Position numbers and translations under genes: made by a program. From Alkalispirochaeta sp. (GTDB lineage Bacteria; Spirochaetota; Spirochaetia; DSM-27196; Alkalispirochaetaceae), in contig CBDESZ010000007.1 in assembly GCA_965242725.1 (NCBI GenBank), positions 64,001 to 128,000 of the forward strand: a stretch of DNA of 64,000 nt, in the 5' to 3' direction. Numbering within the stretch: position 1 is the first letter of the stretch; each line of letters opens with the position of its first letter. The notes under the pieces are model-generated. The model did not search any database and was not told the DNA's origin. It saw only the letters and a program-made list of their open reading frames with translations. Positions 39,741-49,481 of this stretch are shown piece by piece.

Positions 39741-39895
39741 GATACCCCCCGTTTTTCCTGAGTTGGTTGTGAACCTGCTCCGGCCAAAACGGTAGGGCAG
39801 GATTCCCGAATGTTCAAGGGCAGGACGACCCGTTTCACCCGCCCGCCTTTGACCTCAGCCGCATCTATACCCATGTTTTAAGGGAAGAGGTTGAT

Positions 39896-42812
39896 ATGTT
39901 TACGTTTCTTGCAGTGGTATGGCTCATCATCGGCGCATTTCCCCTTGGGCGAACCCTGATTCGCTATGAAAAACTTGAAAAATCGGTTTTCAAGAGGCGA
40001 GTGGTTCGGGGGGGTGGCGATCCTTGGCACGTTTTTTCTGCTTCTCATCGCCGTGAATGTGGTCTTTTACATAACCACCGAATATCTGTGGTTTGCGTCC
40101 CTCGGTTTCTCCAGTCGTTTCTGGATTGAGATCATCACCCGTCTTGCCCTCTTTGCGGCGGGCGGTGCCGTTGCAGGCATCTTCACCTATTTCAATTTGA
40201 AGATGGTCCACAAACGACTGCAGGTGTCGGGAATGCAATACCTCTCCCTTGCGGGATCTCTCGGCGTGGCGATCGTCTTTGGCCTCTGGGCCCTGGGCTG
40301 GTGGAATGAGGTGCTTCTGTACCTGAATCAGGCACCGTCGCCCGTATCCGACCCCGTCTTCAACAGGGGGACCGCCTTTTATCTCTTTACCCTGCCCCTC
40401 TATTCCCGCCTCCATACATGGCTCATGTTTCTTGTCGTCATCGCCGGTGCGGGCGTATTCGGGATGACGGGGCTTCACTCTTCCCTGGCGCAACAGTCGG
40501 GACAGAGCGCGACGGAGCGGATTACCCGCTATCGTCCCATCCGCAAACAGCTCTCCCTCCTGGGCGGCCTGGTCCTTCTCCTCCTGGCGTGGGGCTACTA
40601 CCTCAGGATCTTTCAGCTTCTCCACTCCACCAGCGGCGTCGTAACCGGCGCGGGATGGCTTGATATCCATGTACGCCGGCCCGCCTATATCGCATCGATC
40701 GTTATCTTCGTCGTCTCCGCCGCGCTGCTCTTCTGGAGCGCCTTCAGCGCGTCGGTGACGCGGCGACTGTTTTTTCTCAGGGAGAGCGGAGAAGATGGTC
40801 TGTATGTGCCAACCGGAAAGACGCTGATTCCCGTGGGGTCCGTGGTGGCTCTGCTCTTTGTCATCAACAGCGTGATACCGGGCCTCTTCACGGCGCTCTA
40901 TGTCGATCCCAATGAGATCACCCTTGAAGAGCCCTATATCGCCCACAATATTTCCTTTACCCAGCGGGCTTTCGGATTGGAGGAGTCCCATATCGAACGT
41001 TCGACGATCCCCGTCAATCCCCGCATTGACGCCGGGACGATTGAACGGAATGAGGAGAGCCTGGAAAATATTAGGCTCTGGGACTGGCGGGCACTGCAGT
41101 CCAATTTGAGCCAGCGCCAGGAGATTCGTCTCTATTACCGCTTTCACGATATCGACATCGACCGGTATCGCATCAACGGCGACTATCGGCAAATGATGCT
41201 CAGCCTCCGTGAGCTGGACAAGTCGGAGCTGCCAGAGAATGCCCAGACGTGGGTGAGCCGGCAGCTGAAGTATACCCACGGCTACGGCATGGTGATGCTC
41301 CCGGCCAACGAGTTTCAGGCCGATGGACAGCCCAATCTGCTGATGCGCAATATTCCGGTGCAGCAGGATGCGGCGCTGCAGGAATCGGGGTTCAACCTGA
41401 CCCGGCCCGAGATTTACTACGGCGAGCTCACCAACGATCATGTCTATGTTCGCACCACGGAAGAGGAGTTTGATTATCCCGGAGAAGATGAAAACGTATT
41501 CGTCACCTATGAAGGTGACGGCGGTGTGCCCATCGACGGCCTGCTCAAGCGCTTCATCTTTGCCTGGAAGTATGACGGCGCCAGACAGTTCTTTTCCGGC
41601 TACTTTACCCCGGAATCGCGGATCATGTTTCATCGGGAAATCAGTCGGCGTCTCTCCCGGGTTGCGCCGTTCCTCCTGCAGGACAGCGATCCCTACCCCT
41701 TTGTGACCGACGACGGGCGCATCAAGTTCATCGTCGACACCTACATCGTGTCGTCCGATTATCCCTATTCGGAGCGGTATTTCGGCCGCGTTGAGCAGTT
41801 CAATGGCGCTAACTATGTACGCAACTCGGTGAAAGCGGTCATTGACGCCTATGACGGCTCGGTGGAACTCTATGTGACCGATCCGGATGACATCATCATC
41901 CGGAGTTATCGCGACGCCTTTCCCGGCCTCTTCAGGGACCTTGACGATATGCCGGCGCCGGTGCGCGACCATATCCGCTACCCCGGTGACTATCTCACCG
42001 CCCAGGCGGAGGTGTACCGGGTGTACCACATGAACGATCCGAGAACCTTTTATCAGCGCGAGGATGTCTGGGAGTTTGCGACGGAGCGCTACAATGAAGA
42101 TTTTCAGGACGTGATACCCTACTACATCATGCTCCGGTTTCCCGGGGGAGATCTGGAGTTTGTCCTCATGCTGCCCTTTACACCGCTGGACCGGAATGTC
42201 ATGAACGCCTGGATGGCGGGGCACGCCGACGCACCGAACTATGGAGACCTGACGGTTTATACCTTCCCGAAGGGTGTTGAAGTCCTCGGTCCGCGGCAGA
42301 TAGAGGCGCGGGTGGACCAGAATGCCCAAATGTCACAGCAGCTCAGTCTCTGGGATCAGCGCGGTTCAAACATCATCCGGGGCAACCTGCTCACGGTTCC
42401 CCTCTTTCGGGGCAATGAACTTTCAATTCTCTTTGCGGAACCGATCTTTCTTGAGGCAACCGGTGCTGAACTTCCGGAGATCAGACGCATCATCCTTGCC
42501 GATCAGGACAACGTCTTCTGGTCACCGAATCTGGAAGGGACGCTGAATATGCTCATCGGCAGAGAGGTCCTTGAGGCGCCCGGTGGAGGAGCCGCAGGTG
42601 CCGCAGGAAGGTCGGCAGGAGCGGGCGCTCTGCAGCCGCGGCTGCAGGGGCTCATCGACGATGCGGTGGAGGCGTTCAACCGGTACCGGCAGGATCTCGC
42701 CGAGGGCAGCTTCCGGTCCGCCGGAGAAGCGCTGGACACCCTGAGCGATCTTATCAACGAGATCGAATCGTCATCGGCGGCGGGGCCCGCGGCGGCGGGA
42801 GGCGACAACTGA
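39896..42812 (+). CDS. UPF0182 family membrane protein, with a probable +1 frameshift in the G7 run at 40008-40014
   Basis: EYLWFASLGF, DPVF...FYLFTLP, NIRLWD, DIDRY, YTHGYG, NYVRNSVKAVIDAYDG, IRGNLL. The SD-preceded ATG at 39896 is in another frame. Confidence 0.88.
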
Positions 42813-42909
42813 GGCTGAGCGGCGGCAGGCGCGTAGCGGCCGGGCCCGCATCAACTGACGGGGGCCGGGCCTACGGCGACGGGCCCGCGGCAACATGCGC
42901 CGGCCGGCG

Positions 42910-43860
42910 TTAGATAGACTCCAGAACGGTCCGGACGTCGCGGTGCACGCCGTCGTCCCCTCCAATGAGCTCCAAGAGCTCCCGGGCAAGATGGCGCATT
43001 TCCGCTCTGGCCGTATTGGCGTGTCCCGCAAGTGCAATTGCTCCAAAGGGACTTTCAAGGACGTCCGCGAATTTCTTCGTCCCCAGGACGGCGGTAATTC
43101 GGGGAAAGAGACGCAGCGGTCGAAGTCGCGCCGGGAGGACGGGATAGCCCCGCCGTTTCACGCCCCGGAGGGCAAAACCGACGGTCTTCATCGCCTTCAT
43201 GAGATATTCCCGGTCCGCCGCGGCGGCGTTCAGGTCGCCGTCATGGCGATACAGGGCGGCGGCCATGGGCGTGATCAGGGCGACGTGACAGAGATGCCAC
43301 GCCAGGATGGGGCGATAGGGCACTACCTTCAGTCCGTACGCCGCCATGGATTCCTTGAGGCGGGTCCAGGCACCGGCGGATTCAGGAAACGCCTCGGCAC
43401 CGATCGGTCTGTCAAAGGGCGCATCGTCGGGAGTGAACCGATCGGCGTAGACGAGGACATCACCATCCCAGGTGCCGCCCACATCGGGAAACCCGCCGAT
43501 GACGCGGTCCGTACCCAGCAGGCGTCCCGCCTCGTCATAGCCACGGACGGAGTTTCCCAGGAACCACACGATCGGTCGCCCCTGAATTGCCGACACCACG
43601 TGCTCCACCGCCGGCCGGTGGATCGCCTGCACGCAGACCATGACGAGGTCACACGATAAAGGTGACCCTTCCCGGACAACGGGGAGGCGCACGGTCCGTT
43701 CTGCACCGCTGATGCCGTCCCGCAGCCGCAGCCCCTCCCGCTCCAGGCGATCAGCCTTGTCGCCGCGTGCCAACAGGGAGACGTCGGCGCCCCGGTCAAA
43801 GAGACGGGCCGCCGAGTAGCATCCCGTTACGCCGGCGCCTATGACGAGAATTCTGTTCAT
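42910..43860 (-). CDS. Ketopantoate reductase (ApbA/PanE)-family protein
   Basis: ILVIGAGVTG, DVSLLARG, WHLCHVALITP. Confidence 0.75.
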   Translation of the reverse strand: MNRILVIGAGVTGCYSAARLFDRGADVSLLARGDKADRLEREGLRLRDGISGAERTVRLPVVREGSPLSCDLVMVCVQAIHRPAVEHVVSAIQGRPIVWFLGNSVRGYDEAGRLLGTDRVIGGFPDVGGTWDGDVLVYADRFTPDDAPFDRPIGAEAFPESAGAWTRLKESMAAYGLKVVPYRPILAWHLCHVALITPMAAALYRHDGDLNAAAADREYLMKAMKTVGFALRGVKRRGYPVLPARLRPLRLFPRITAVLGTKKFADVLESPFGAIALAGHANTARAEMRHLARELLELIGGDDGVHRDVRTVLESI

Positions 43861-43919
43861 ATCTCATACTCCTGAGGAAAAGACGCGCTTTTCCCTGCAT
43901 CGTCCCGTTTGCCCGCTCG

Positions 43920-44900
43920 TTATCCGTCCTGCCCCTCCCCGGGAGGGTTGAACAGCAATCTGTACACGCGGTCCCGTGACGACTCGCGGATACTGCCGTA
44001 CTTCACGTGAATGGTGGAGCCGCCCCGGGAGGTGCGGACCACCGTCGCGATCAGGTTGAGAGAACGATCGCCGTCGGGATGGAAGGTCAGTTCCACCGTA
44101 TCTCCCGGGGAAAACCGTTTGTCCGGATTCTCGATACTCGCGCCGCCGCCGCCGATATCGATGAACTGCGACAGCACCGCCTCGTCGTTCCGGCTGGCAC
44201 TGGATATGTACACCGGCAGGCGTATCTCCCGGCGATAATGGGCGCGCTGTTGCACGCCGTGAATTTCTTCGGAGTGCTGTAACTGCACCTCCTCACCGTT
44301 GCGCAGGAGCACCGCCGAGTCAAACTCAAAGACGCCGGCGTCGTTCTGGTAGACCACGTGGACAAAACTGCCTTCGGTGAGGGGTGTATCGGGTCCGTCA
44401 AGTCGGACCCGGAGCGCGTCGGTCTGCGCCTGAATCACCTGACCATGAACCGGCGTCCGCCGTGGTTTCTGGATGAGAAGCGCCGCACCTGGAGGTATCT
44501 CGACACTTGACTGCGGCCGCAGACCCAGGGGTTTGCCGGTGAAACCGAGCTTCACCCGCAATGACGAGACGTCGCCCGACGATACCTCCCCGTCGTCGAG
44601 GGCGAGCGTCGCCGCCTGGTTGAAGGCACCCTGACTCTGGAGCAGAACGTGACGGGCCGTACGCCGACGGAGGTAGCCCGCGAGAATCTCCACAACGCGC
44701 TCCTCATAGGGCGTCAGCCCGCTCTGCCGCACCAGCTCCTCGTAGCGCTCCGCGTCCTCCCGGGCGTGGCGTTGCCGCGCCTTGTTTCTTCGTCGTACAT
44801 AGTACCCGATGAGCAGCGCGACCACGCCGACGAGGATGACAACAAAGACGATGATTTCTATAAGTGGAGTTTCGAAACCGGTGGCGAGCGACGTTCCCAT
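43920..44900 (-). CDS. Membrane-anchored PilZ-domain (YcgR-like) c-di-GMP-binding protein
   Basis: N-terminal TM segment, QQRAHYR (RxxxR) and DIGGGG (DxS/GxxG) motifs. Confidence 0.82.
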   Translation of the reverse strand: MGTSLATGFETPLIEIIVFVVILVGVVALLIGYYVRRRNKARQRHAREDAERYEELVRQSGLTPYEERVVEILAGYLRRRTARHVLLQSQGAFNQAATLALDDGEVSSGDVSSLRVKLGFTGKPLGLRPQSSVEIPPGAALLIQKPRRTPVHGQVIQAQTDALRVRLDGPDTPLTEGSFVHVVYQNDAGVFEFDSAVLLRNGEEVQLQHSEEIHGVQQRAHYRREIRLPVYISSASRNDEAVLSQFIDIGGGGASIENPDKRFSPGDTVELTFHPDGDRSLNLIATVVRTSRGGSTIHVKYGSIRESSRDRVYRLLFNPPGEGQDG

Positions 44901-44956
44901 GAAAAGACCCTCCTTCAATCGTATGGAGGGAAGGTGAAAAGGTCAAACCGCGGAGC

Positions 44957-45934
44957 CTACCAGAAGAGCAGGACCGCGCCTCCCACTGCCAGCACCGTTC
45001 CTGCATAGGCGCCGAAGGGCAGTCGCTTTTGAAAGATGAATCGGTCGACCGGGAGAAGGAGAATGGGACTTGTCTGCATGATTGTCGTGACGATGCCCAC
45101 CGGGGCGAGACGCAGGGCATAGAGAGTAAGGATAATGCCCAGGACCGGCCCCACCAGCGCCCCGGAAGCGGTCAGCAACAGTGCCTTTCGGTCCCGCATT
45201 TTCCTGAAATCCCTGATGAAGCCGCCGCCGGCGATACGGAATACGATCAGGCCCGCCAGTCCCGCGGTAATGCGGATCAGATTTGCCGACATGGGATGGA
45301 CCGCCGCACCGATCCCCTGCTTTGCCAGCACCATTCCCGCCGCCTGCGCGGCGGCGCCCAGGAGGGCAAAGACAAATCCCGTTACCCGGTGACCGGATAC
45401 TGCCTGCGGGAACGTCCCCGCCGGTCGTGAACCGGCGTCGCCGGGACCGATGGCGAGATCCGCACCGCTCCGGGTCCGTGCACTGCGGGGACTCCGGCGG
45501 TTTTCCGCAAATACAACCCACGCAATGCCGAGAATGGTGACTGCAATCCCGGCGAGCTCCAGCAGCTCCAGCCGTTCATGAAGGGAAAACCACGAGAGTG
45601 CGGTTGCAAAAATGGGCGAGAGGGTCATGATCACCAGCGTCTCCCGGTGACCGATCTCAACAAACCCGCGAAAAATGAAGAGGTCGGCCACGCAGAATCC
45701 GAGAAGCCCCGACAGAGAGAGCGTGATGAACCCGGAGAGCGTCACATGTGTCGGGACGAGGGTGCCGGTAAAAACCGCATGCACAACCACCATCACCGGC
45801 AGGGCGATCCACAGGCGGACGTGGGTAACCGGCACCGATCCTACCCGCCTGCCGGCCGTGGAGTAGACGATTGAGTTCTGGGCCCAGCAGGCGGCGGTGG
45901 CGAGGGCAAAAAGCTGTCCGAGAACGGTACTCAC
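44957..45934 (-). CDS. DMT/EamA-family transporter
   Basis: Two five-helix hydrophobic halves, SPIFATALSWFSLHERL. Confidence 0.88.
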   Translation of the reverse strand: MSTVLGQLFALATAACWAQNSIVYSTAGRRVGSVPVTHVRLWIALPVMVVVHAVFTGTLVPTHVTLSGFITLSLSGLLGFCVADLFIFRGFVEIGHRETLVIMTLSPIFATALSWFSLHERLELLELAGIAVTILGIAWVVFAENRRSPRSARTRSGADLAIGPGDAGSRPAGTFPQAVSGHRVTGFVFALLGAAAQAAGMVLAKQGIGAAVHPMSANLIRITAGLAGLIVFRIAGGGFIRDFRKMRDRKALLLTASGALVGPVLGIILTLYALRLAPVGIVTTIMQTSPILLLPVDRFIFQKRLPFGAYAGTVLAVGGAVLLFW

Positions 45935-45988
45935 AGGGGAACACTCCTATTCCACGGGAATCATATCGTGGGCGGAGTGTATCATATT

Positions 45989-46840
45989 TCAGACTTCTAT
46001 CCCGCGATCCCGTATCTCCACCGCTGTACCGGAGACGACGATTCCACCGGAAACGGGAACATCTACGGTCAACGTGCTCGGACGCCCCATCGCAACGCCC
46101 TGTCGGACGGTAAATGAACACGGCGGCGTGACCAGTTCGGCTTCACGCAGGTACCCGCCCAGGGCGGCAGCGGCGGCTCCGGTGGCGGGGTCCTCAACGA
46201 CTCCGCCGACGGGGAAAGGGTTCCGGGAATGAACGAGAGTCTCCGATTCCCGGTACATCAGCTGCAGCGTGGTGAGATTTTCCCGTTCCATGATCGTTCG
46301 TACTGCTTCAAAGTTGTAGCTCAGGCTGTCGAGTATTTCGGGCCGTTTCACCGCCAGTATCAGATGCCACGCCCCGGCATACCCGATGACCGGCGGTATC
46401 GACGGATCAAGGACATGTCGGTCCCAGTTGAGAGGAAGAAGGACCTCATCGATCAGCTCCGGCGATGCTTCACGGGTTTCGGGTTCCACCGATCTCAACG
46501 CCGCTTCAAACCGCCCGGCCCGCCGTCGGGTCGTTACGGTAACCGTGCCCGCCGGCGTTTTGAAATCAAATGGTCCCGATTCTCCCAGCTCCGCCAGCAC
46601 CACTCCGGACGCGATCGTCGCGTGACCGCAGAAGGTGACCTCCTTTTCCGGGCTGAAGTAGCGGACCCTTCGCTGCGACCCCGAAGAGGGGGTGATGAAC
46701 GCAGTCTCCGAGTAACCAACCTCTTTGGCGATAGCCTGCATCTTCTCATCGTCGGGAAAGCTCTCGCCGATCCAGATTCCCGCGGGATTACCCCCTGCCG
46801 GGTCGGTCGTAAATGCGGAATATCTGAATAGTTTTTCCAC
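45989..46840 (-). CDS. PhzF-family isomerase
   Basis: AFTTDPAGGNPAG, SETAF, FCGHATIA, EDPATGAA, QGVAMGRPS. Confidence 0.92.
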   Translation of the reverse strand: MEKLFRYSAFTTDPAGGNPAGIWIGESFPDDEKMQAIAKEVGYSETAFITPSSGSQRRVRYFSPEKEVTFCGHATIASGVVLAELGESGPFDFKTPAGTVTVTTRRRAGRFEAALRSVEPETREASPELIDEVLLPLNWDRHVLDPSIPPVIGYAGAWHLILAVKRPEILDSLSYNFEAVRTIMERENLTTLQLMYRESETLVHSRNPFPVGGVVEDPATGAAAAALGGYLREAELVTPPCSFTVRQGVAMGRPSTLTVDVPVSGGIVVSGTAVEIRDRGIEV

Positions 46841-46907
46841 CGGTTTCTTCCTCCGAATGGTAGAAATTAGCGACCTTTCACCGACAAGACAACGTCTGGT
46901 CGCGCGA

Positions 46908-47231
46908 CTATGGCCGCCCGAAGAATACGGTGACTTCCTGCAGGAGACCGTCTTCGATTACAAAGTGCTCAATATTCTGCACCCGTTGCCCATTGACGAC
47001 ATTTGCATACCGGACAAACACGTCACGACCGTCGGCAAGTATCGTGTGGATATTGAATTTCCCCAGGCTCCGGATCGAGTCCCAGCATCGCGTCTTGTAG
47101 GTATCGAGACCGATGTGATCGTCGTACTGGCTGGTAAAGGTGAAATTTTCAGACAGGAGCGCCCGTGCGGCGTCCCAATCGCGATCCTCCCACGCCATAA
47201 AATAGGTGCGGATAGTCGATTTGCGATCCAT
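46908..47231 (-). CDS. SnoaL-like / NTF2-fold protein
   Basis: YFMAWEDRDWD..RALLSENFTFTS...EHF...EVTVFFG. Confidence 0.8.
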   Translation of the reverse strand: MDRKSTIRTYFMAWEDRDWDAARALLSENFTFTSQYDDHIGLDTYKTRCWDSIRSLGKFNIHTILADGRDVFVRYANVVNGQRVQNIEHFVIEDGLLQEVTVFFGRP

Positions 47232-47247
47232 AGTTCTTCCCCTTACG

Positions 47248-48594
47248 TCAATCAGCCCGGGAAGGGCGTTGCGATCTATGCTCTCCCAGCTTCTCCAGCT
47301 CCCTCAGGCGACGTTCAAGGAATCTTCGCTCCGGCTCCTGTCGGACGAGCTTCAATGCCTGTCGATAGGCGACTCGGGCGCCGGCGACGTCGCCTTCCCG
47401 TCTCATGAGATCAGCCTGTGCCGCGTGGGCGAGGTAGTATCCGGAGAGGTCGCCCCGTTCCAGAATTCCCTTCACCAGAGTAATTCCCGCGGCGGGAGTA
47501 TCCCTCATAGCAACCGCCACGGCGCGGTTGAGCTCCACCACCGGTGAGGGAGTCACCGTCAGGAGCATATCGTAGAGCGTGACGATCCGCCCCCAGTCGG
47601 TATCCTCCGGGCGTCGTGCGAGGGCATGGGTCGCGGCAATCGCCGCCTGCAGGGTGTATCCCCCGAGGCGGCGGGAAGCGAGCGCCTTTTCGACATAGGA
47701 CAGTCCCTCGTCTATGCATTTCCGGTCCCACCGCGACCGATCCTGCTCTTCCAGGAGCACAATGTCACCGTGTTCGTCGGTGCGGGTACTTCGGCGGGAG
47801 TCGTGGAGCAGCATCAGTGCGAGCAATCCCATGGCTTCCGGGTCCGGCAGCAGTTCAACGAGATGTCGCGCCAGACGGATTGCCTCTCCGGTAAGGTCCA
47901 CCCGCATCACCTGCGGCCCCGCGGAGGTGGAATAGCCCTCATTGAAGACGAGATAGATAACCTGCAGGACGGTATCCATCCGTCCGTGCAGTTCCGCCGC
48001 GGGGGGCAACTCGATCGGTAGATTTCGGTCACGAATCCGTGCCTTCGCCCTCACGATACGCTGTGCCACGGTGGAAGTTCTGGTCAGGTAGGCCTGGGCG
48101 ATTTCCTCAGTGGTCAGCCCGCACACCTCCCGCAGGGTAAGGGCCACCCGACCCTCCACGGGAATGTCGGGATGGCAACAGACAAAGATAAGCCGCAGCT
48201 GATCATCGGGAACCTCCTCGAGCATTGCACGCTCTTCCGGTTTCGAACCCTCCGGTGCAGCCAGCGTATCTTCCCGCTCACCAAGGGCCTCAATACGACT
48301 GCGACGACGGATTGTATCGATCGCCTTGAAGCGGCCCGCGGAGACCAGCCACGCCCGGGGGTTGTCGGGGACGCCGTCACGGGGCCACTGTTCCACCGCC
48401 GCACGGAACGCCTCGTGGAGTGCCTCTTCCGCGAGATCCAGATCGCGGAGCTGCCGTACCAGCGTCGCCAGTATCCGGCGTGACTCTTCCCGGTAGATCC
48501 GATCCACCCGGTCCCGGACGATCCTCCCATCGATCATGTCGGGACTCATGTCGGGACCGGCGACCGGTGGACCGCCGGCGTCAGAGTTCTTCAT
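47248..48594 (-). CDS. ECF sigma factor with TPR-like C-terminal extension (ECF42-type)
   Basis: AEEALHEAF, DDQLRLIFVCCHP, CGLTTEEIA, YLVFNEGY, QDRSRWD, YTLQAAIAA. Confidence 0.9.
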   Translation of the reverse strand: MKNSDAGGPPVAGPDMSPDMIDGRIVRDRVDRIYREESRRILATLVRQLRDLDLAEEALHEAFRAAVEQWPRDGVPDNPRAWLVSAGRFKAIDTIRRRSRIEALGEREDTLAAPEGSKPEERAMLEEVPDDQLRLIFVCCHPDIPVEGRVALTLREVCGLTTEEIAQAYLTRTSTVAQRIVRAKARIRDRNLPIELPPAAELHGRMDTVLQVIYLVFNEGYSTSAGPQVMRVDLTGEAIRLARHLVELLPDPEAMGLLALMLLHDSRRSTRTDEHGDIVLLEEQDRSRWDRKCIDEGLSYVEKALASRRLGGYTLQAAIAATHALARRPEDTDWGRIVTLYDMLLTVTPSPVVELNRAVAVAMRDTPAAGITLVKGILERGDLSGYYLAHAAQADLMRREGDVAGARVAYRQALKLVRQEPERRFLERRLRELEKLGEHRSQRPSRAD

Positions 48595-48949
48595 AGTGCT
48601 CGATCGGCCGGACTTCCACGGCCCAGCCCAGCTCCTCGCCGATGTTCGCGGCGGGGTGTTTGGAAGCGACCCGGACCGCGTCGTTCAAGTCGCGAGCCTC
48701 CACGAGAAAGAAGGAACCCACCTGTTCTTTCGTCTCCACAAAGGGCCCGTCGGTGACGCCGGTCGCACCGTCTCGATGGCGGATGGTCATCACACTCCCG
48801 TCAACAAGGGACGCCACGGCGCGGAGCTGTCCGCTGGAGCGGAGCTCCCGATCCAGGGGCCCGCACCGTCGAATGATGGATTCCATCTCCGCAGGCGGAT
48901 ACGCCGCATAGGCCTCGATATCGTAGTAGGCAAGACAGAGGTATTTCAT
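48581..48949 (-). CDS. YciI/DGPF-domain protein
   Basis: MKYLCL, TDGPFVETKEQVG, VEVRP. Confidence 0.9.
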   Translation of the reverse strand: MKYLCLAYYDIEAYAAYPPAEMESIIRRCGPLDRELRSSGQLRAVASLVDGSVMTIRHRDGATGVTDGPFVETKEQVGSFFLVEARDLNDAVRVASKHPAANIGEELGWAVEVRPIEHYEEL

Positions 48950-49386
48950 ACCGATCGCTCTGATTTCTGCCGTTCAAGTTCTTCCCGAATGCGGTCCTCC
49001 CGTTCCCGCAGTTCCGGGGTAAACTCCTCGCCGAAATCTTCGGGACCGTAGAGGGGTCGGATTTCAAGTTCACCTCCGTCATTCATCGGATTGGGACATT
49101 TCCTGGCCCACTTCACCGCCTCTTCCATTGACGAGACGTTCCACAGCCAGAAACCCGCTACCAGCTCCTTGGTCTCCGCAAAGGGTCCGTCCACCACGGC
49201 CCGCTCCTCTCCGGTAAAGCGAATCCGTTTCCCCTCGGAGCTCGGCTTCAACCCCTCGCCGTCGACGAGGATTCCCGCGTTCACCAGTTCCTCGTTGTAG
49301 GCGGTCATCGCCGCGATGAGTTCTTCACGGGGCATGATCCCCGCCTCGGAATCCGGGGTGGCCTTTACAAATACAATCACTTTCAT
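48946..49386 (-). CDS. YciI/DGPF-domain protein
   Basis: Start ATG 49386 after AGGAGG. DGPFAETKELVAGFWLW, EIRP. Confidence 0.9.
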   Translation of the reverse strand: MKVIVFVKATPDSEAGIMPREELIAAMTAYNEELVNAGILVDGEGLKPSSEGKRIRFTGEERAVVDGPFAETKELVAGFWLWNVSSMEEAVKWARKCPNPMNDGGELEIRPLYGPEDFGEEFTPELREREDRIREELERQKSERSV

Positions 49387-49404
49387 AGTGCCTCCTGCTC
49401 CATG

Positions 49405-49431
49405 GTCGAAACGCGGCGGGTAATTTCGACA
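49405..49431 (-). promoter_or_regulatory. ECF42-type autoregulatory promoter
   Basis: TGTCGA-N17-CGAC directly upstream of the DGPF-DGPF-sigma operon. Confidence 0.7.
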
Positions 49432-49481
49432 TAAATCGTCATAATTAATGATACGACCGGTACCGGCAGGGACGCAACGGA

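Noticed and set aside
39990..42329. 779-aa antisense ORF, and similar long antisense ORFs (19253-20677, 55763-57064, 2017-3048)
   Set aside because: These are shadow frames of well-supported genes in GC-rich DNA and show no motifs.
42781..42905. Repeated GGGCCCGC in a very GC-rich intergenic region
   Set aside because: Short and low-complexity; explained by composition and terminator-like pairing between convergent genes.
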